The notes under the pieces: model-generated | What the model was told of the DNA's origin: nothing | What the model saw: only the letters and a program-made list of their open reading frames with translations | Database searches by the model: none | Shown: in pieces, positions 59,902 through 64,000 of the stretch | Layout of the letters: each line of letters opens with the position of its first letter | Numbering within the stretch: position 1 is the stretch's first letter | Position numbers and translations under genes: made by a program | DNA from: an uncultured virus (IMG/VR IMGVR_UViG_3300046832_003565) | Taxonomy: Duplodnaviria; Heunggongvirae; Uroviricota; Caudoviricetes | Direction: 5' to 3' (one strand) | DNA: 64,000 nucleotides | IMG/VR virus record: IMGVR_UViG_3300046832_003565

Positions 59902-62599
59902 TAATCGCATAGTTACAGCACAAAAAGAATTGTTAACTGCAATATTTAGTCAATTTGGAAAAAATTATAAAGATTATAATAAAATAGTAGATAAATACAA
60001 TTCTATTTTCAAACTTTTAGCTGCCTGGATGTTAGCAAGAGATTCAGATGAATTTGCAATAAATGACGTTGTAAATCATCTCAATGAATATATAAAACGT
60101 AAAAAATTAAGTCCAGACAATATAAAAGTATCCAAATCTAAAATTGACAAATCAATATACGAAGTCACTATTAATGAAAATTCATATGATGACTTGATGG
60201 AATTAATTGAATTCGTTCATGGTGAATTTCCAATAGTAAAACAACAAGAAAATTCAAAACAAATAGATACTGATCGAACTCCTGTTCTTACAGGTGATGG
60301 TATCAAAATATTCAAAGTTGATCAAGCTCAGGATAGTAGACAATTAGCTGGAGATACCTCATGGTGTATAGCATATTCTGGAGCAAACAATTTATGGCAA
60401 AGTTATAGAAGCAATAGAGCCTCTACATTTTATATTGTATGGGATGAAAATCCACCAAATCCTAATCAAAGAAAAGTTGCATTAGATTTTAATAATAGAG
60501 GATCTGAAATCACTGATATTCCAAATAGAACTGGACAAGTTTTATCAAATAATATTTCATTTGAGTATGAAGGCGAAACAGTAACAGGAAATGATATTCC
60601 TACATATCTTACATACTTAAGAAGTAAAGGTGTGGATATTGATGCAAAAACTATAAATCCTGAAACTGGTAAAGAAGAAAAAGTATTACAAAACAAGCCT
60701 TTGTCTGAAGAAGAAATTTTAGCATCAGGATTAAGCAGTTTTGTAATTAATAATCAACATAATATGCGGACAACAGTGGAGGATTTAAAAACTTGGGCTA
60801 CTGGAAATTTTGTTTTAAAGGCACCATCAGAATTTGGATTTATAAAAGAAGAATCAAAAGGCGAGTTTAAAATTTATGAAAAAGGATATGGAGTTGGTAG
60901 AAAATTATCAATTCCTGAAGAAAAAATTTCAGATAGAAAATCATGGACAGATGAATTAGTAAATCCAGATGCAACACATTTTGGAAATCTTTATTCATCT
61001 ATCACACTTCAATCAGATGAATTCAAAACATATCTAACAAAATTTATTGGCATGGGATGGATATTACCAAGCGATATCTTTGAATATTTATTTGATACTC
61101 CTGGTGGTGAAACAGAATTAGTTTTATATGTCAACACTGGATTAGAATTGCCAAAAGAACAAGTCGAAAAAATTCAAACAAAAAAACAATTGTTTAATTC
61201 TTATGTCAAACAGCAATTAACAGCTTTTTCGATGGGTCACAATGATGGGAAAATAATCAAAAATCTAGATCCCGATAAAAAAGAAGATAGAGACAGAGTA
61301 ATCTATGCAATTTCACAAGGCGGAGATCCTCAAAAATTACCAATAGTTTGGATTGAAAAAATACCTCAAATAGGTTTAGTTGCCGCTGATGAACTTGATG
61401 ACTTAAACCTGACAGACCCATTAGCTATTAAATTAGCAATCGCCAAAGGTCTTCACAATGTATACAAAAAATATCCAACCCTCGAAAATACAAGAATTTA
61501 TTTGCAAATCCCTGATGCTATTGAACCTTTAAGAGCTGAAGCATTAGCAAATGACTATCCTGAAAAAATACTAAACAGCCCTGGAACATTATATAAATAT
61601 AAAACCAGATTACATTACGTACCCAAAGAATTTCAAGATTTACCAGAATTCTCAATCTATAAAAATATAAAGAGATTGTTTGATATGGGACAACGAGGTT
61701 TTTTTGATGCTCTGGTAAGTAATAAAATTGATTTATCAAATGAAGATGATTTGCAAATGGCAATGATTTATGCATTGGAATATAATTTGTCAGATTCTTT
61801 GGGAAATGACAAAAGATTTTGGGATTATTTTTTTGAAAACATTGATAGATTTCAAAGCGGAGCATTTCGAAGAATCAATCTTGAAGTTAGAGATTTGCCT
61901 TTAGGCTTTGATGATGGCGAAGATGACGAAATATATTATCCATTTAAAGAAAGTCCTGAATATCAAAAAGATCGCCTTGGGATAATGGTTGCAAAAATCC
62001 CAGCTAGATTTTTATTAGATCCAACAATAGATGAAAATGTAAAAAAATATTTACAAGGTGAAATTTATGTAAGTAAGCTTTTAACTAATAAAGACTTTGA
62101 TAAAGCTAGTCAATACATAAAAAGTTTGGACGATATTCCAATGATGCAAATGCGATATTTATTTGATGTAAAAAATCCTATAATTGATAAATTTATAGAT
62201 GAAAATTTTATTCATAAAATAAGAAATTTTGGATTTTATGATGTCAAAATTATTACCAACTTAATCGAATGGTATCCACAAATAAGACAATATATTACAT
62301 ATAATATATTGTTCAATCTAATTCAAAAAGATTCAAGATATGGATCTTATATGGAACAAAAACTTATTCCAGTTTTGTTAGAATTTTATCCTGATTTCTT
62401 TAAAGAAAATGTTGAAAGACTAAAGATATCTGATGAAACAAAAAACATGATAAGACAAAAATTGTCATTACAAACACCCGAAGAACCTACTATCGCTTCA
62501 CTAAATATAATTGTAAAAATTGCAAAAACATTAGACTTAAAAAAGAAATATATTTTAGCAGACAAGTTGACAAAAATATTAGGAAAATACAATGTTTAA
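59894..62599 (+). CDS. Large paralogue 2 with C-terminal helical tag
   Basis: 'GDGIKIFKV...DTSWCIAY...NLWQSYR'; ends KIAKTLDLKKKYILADKLTKILGKYNV. Confidence 0.8.
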   Translation: MFNNRIVTAQKELLTAIFSQFGKNYKDYNKIVDKYNSIFKLLAAWMLARDSDEFAINDVVNHLNEYIKRKKLSPDNIKVSKSKIDKSIYEVTINENSYDDLMELIEFVHGEFPIVKQQENSKQIDTDRTPVLTGDGIKIFKVDQAQDSRQLAGDTSWCIAYSGANNLWQSYRSNRASTFYIVWDENPPNPNQRKVALDFNNRGSEITDIPNRTGQVLSNNISFEYEGETVTGNDIPTYLTYLRSKGVDIDAKTINPETGKEEKVLQNKPLSEEEILASGLSSFVINNQHNMRTTVEDLKTWATGNFVLKAPSEFGFIKEESKGEFKIYEKGYGVGRKLSIPEEKISDRKSWTDELVNPDATHFGNLYSSITLQSDEFKTYLTKFIGMGWILPSDIFEYLFDTPGGETELVLYVNTGLELPKEQVEKIQTKKQLFNSYVKQQLTAFSMGHNDGKIIKNLDPDKKEDRDRVIYAISQGGDPQKLPIVWIEKIPQIGLVAADELDDLNLTDPLAIKLAIAKGLHNVYKKYPTLENTRIYLQIPDAIEPLRAEALANDYPEKILNSPGTLYKYKTRLHYVPKEFQDLPEFSIYKNIKRLFDMGQRGFFDALVSNKIDLSNEDDLQMAMIYALEYNLSDSLGNDKRFWDYFFENIDRFQSGAFRRINLEVRDLPLGFDDGEDDEIYYPFKESPEYQKDRLGIMVAKIPARFLLDPTIDENVKKYLQGEIYVSKLLTNKDFDKASQYIKSLDDIPMMQMRYLFDVKNPIIDKFIDENFIHKIRNFGFYDVKIITNLIEWYPQIRQYITYNILFNLIQKDSRYGSYMEQKLIPVLLEFYPDFFKENVERLKISDETKNMIRQKLSLQTPEEPTIASLNIIVKIAKTLDLKKKYILADKLTKILGKYNV

Positions 62600-64000
62600 C
62601 AATAGATTGATTTTAGCAAATAAAGATTTATTTATTTCCATTTTTAATACTGTAGGCAAGAATTATAATGATTTCAAACAAGTTGTTAATAATTTTGATC
62701 CGCCAAGTTTAAGACCTTTAGCAGCCTGGTGTCTTGCAAATAATTTCTTAGATACACTTACTGAAAGTATTGTAAGTGATGTTTCTGCATATTTGAAAAA
62801 ATCACCAAAAATTTTATCTGATATTGTAGTAAAAAAAGATAGAGTTGTAATTCTTGGTGAAGAATTTTTGTCCGATCCAAATGATAAAACTTTAGTATTA
62901 AGATTCTCAGAATTCATTCATTCAAAATTTCCAATTGAAAGACAAGTAATTAATTCAACCCCAAGCAATATTGACATGACTCCAGTCCTCACTGGCGATG
63001 GAATTAAGATTTATGAAGTATATAATGTAAATGATGCAAGACAAGCTGGAAATGGAACATCATGGTGTATTGCATATAAAGGTGGAGAAAATCTTTGGCA
63101 AAATTATAGAACAGCTGATGAAGCTACATTTTTTATTGTTCACGATGATAATCCACCAACCCCTGATCAAGCCAAAGTGGCAATTGACTTTAACAAAAGA
63201 GAAGTAAGTCTTACAGATTTACCAAACTGGACAGGTGCGGTTTTGTCAAATGGCATGAATTGGAATGAATACAAGGAATATCTCATAAGAAAAAATGTTA
63301 ATGTGGATGCAAAAAGAATTAATCCTGAAACAAACAATGAAGAATTAATTTTAAAAAATAAACCCTTATCCAAAAAAGAAAAAAAATTAGTTTCAGTAAA
63401 AGATTTATTTCAAAGTAGTCGAAATTATTATGGACTAAAACCATTATCTTTGGAAGAAATTAATAATTTTAGAAAAGGAAAAGTTGTACTTAATTTACCA
63501 AGTCATGTGCAATTTTTAGAATACAAATTATCTTTAGGCACTAATTTAGATTTAGATCATTACCATATAACAGGGACGAATAATAGCGGTAGTAAGGCTT
63601 ATTTTCAATTAGAAGTTGAAAAAGGAACACCAGTTAATTTTCAAAAAACCGAATCGCCTGATGGTAATATAGTTGATTCAGTTTCATTTGAAGATGAAGA
63701 TGCAAAAACATATACATATCAGATGATTGGATTAGGACATCCACTCACAGACGATGCCTTCCTTAATCTATTTGATGTTCCTGGCGGAAATCAAACATTA
63801 GTTCAATATATAAACACTGGATTTGTAATACCTAGATTTCAAGAAAACACATTAGAAAAATATCCCAAATATTACAAATCTTATCTGAGGAAATTATTAC
63901 AGGGTGGTAATTATGAGCATGTCATACTCAACCTCAAGTATGATGAATCAGAAATGATTGATGCTTTATCAATAGAAAATGATGAAGAAACATTAGAATC
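62592..64000 (+). CDS. Large paralogue 3 (runs off window; absent from ORF track)
   Basis: ATG 62592: MFNNRLILANKDLF...GDGIKIYEV...GTSWCIAYKGGENLWQNYR...TFFIVHDDNPP. Confidence 0.8.
   Translation, partial: MFNNRLILANKDLFISIFNTVGKNYNDFKQVVNNFDPPSLRPLAAWCLANNFLDTLTESIVSDVSAYLKKSPKILSDIVVKKDRVVILGEEFLSDPNDKTLVLRFSEFIHSKFPIERQVINSTPSNIDMTPVLTGDGIKIYEVYNVNDARQAGNGTSWCIAYKGGENLWQNYRTADEATFFIVHDDNPPTPDQAKVAIDFNKREVSLTDLPNWTGAVLSNGMNWNEYKEYLIRKNVNVDAKRINPETNNEELILKNKPLSKKEKKLVSVKDLFQSSRNYYGLKPLSLEEINNFRKGKVVLNLPSHVQFLEYKLSLGTNLDLDHYHITGTNNSGSKAYFQLEVEKGTPVNFQKTESPDGNIVDSVSFEDEDAKTYTYQMIGLGHPLTDDAFLNLFDVPGGNQTLVQYINTGFVIPRFQENTLEKYPKYYKSYLRKLLQGGNYEHVILNLKYDESEMIDALSIENDEETLE

Overview
AT-rich (roughly 30% GC by eye), densely coding segment of what looks like a large (jumbo-type) tailed bacteriophage genome, probably from fresh water. 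It uses the standard genetic code. 1-13.6 kb is a tail/fibre module: three fibre-like proteins sharing a C-terminal 'KSFxIxHP...LEGPE...PDYW' domain, one with about 32 copies of a 24-aa repeat, plus LamG proteins. 13.6-57 kb is a mixed accessory region: nitrilase, DUF1257/DUF2997, secretin-N-like proteins, Mn-SOD, ferritin-like protein, IscA, GH108 lysin, HNH, Dam-like MTase, two sigma factors, HhH glycosylase, DinB, thermonuclease, GroEL, RuvB, ThyX, NusG, PnuC, Hsp20, ClpP, GMP reductase, SSB, and glycosyl- and methyl-transferases. 57-64 kb is a tandem array of large paralogues. The most notable unexplained structure is: (1) a ~750-nt ORF-free, stem-rich minus-strand unit (21446-20690) with its own sigma70 promoter and terminator, a candidate giant ncRNA; (2) a shared ~25-aa helical 'tag' on at least 9 otherwise mostly unrelated proteins, whose genes tend to sit behind a shared AGG-N18-20-AAAT promoter-like motif; (3) ten genes with a -10 hexamer exactly 6 nt before the start codon, implying leaderless mRNAs. 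Family names are recognised from motifs by eye; no searches were run.
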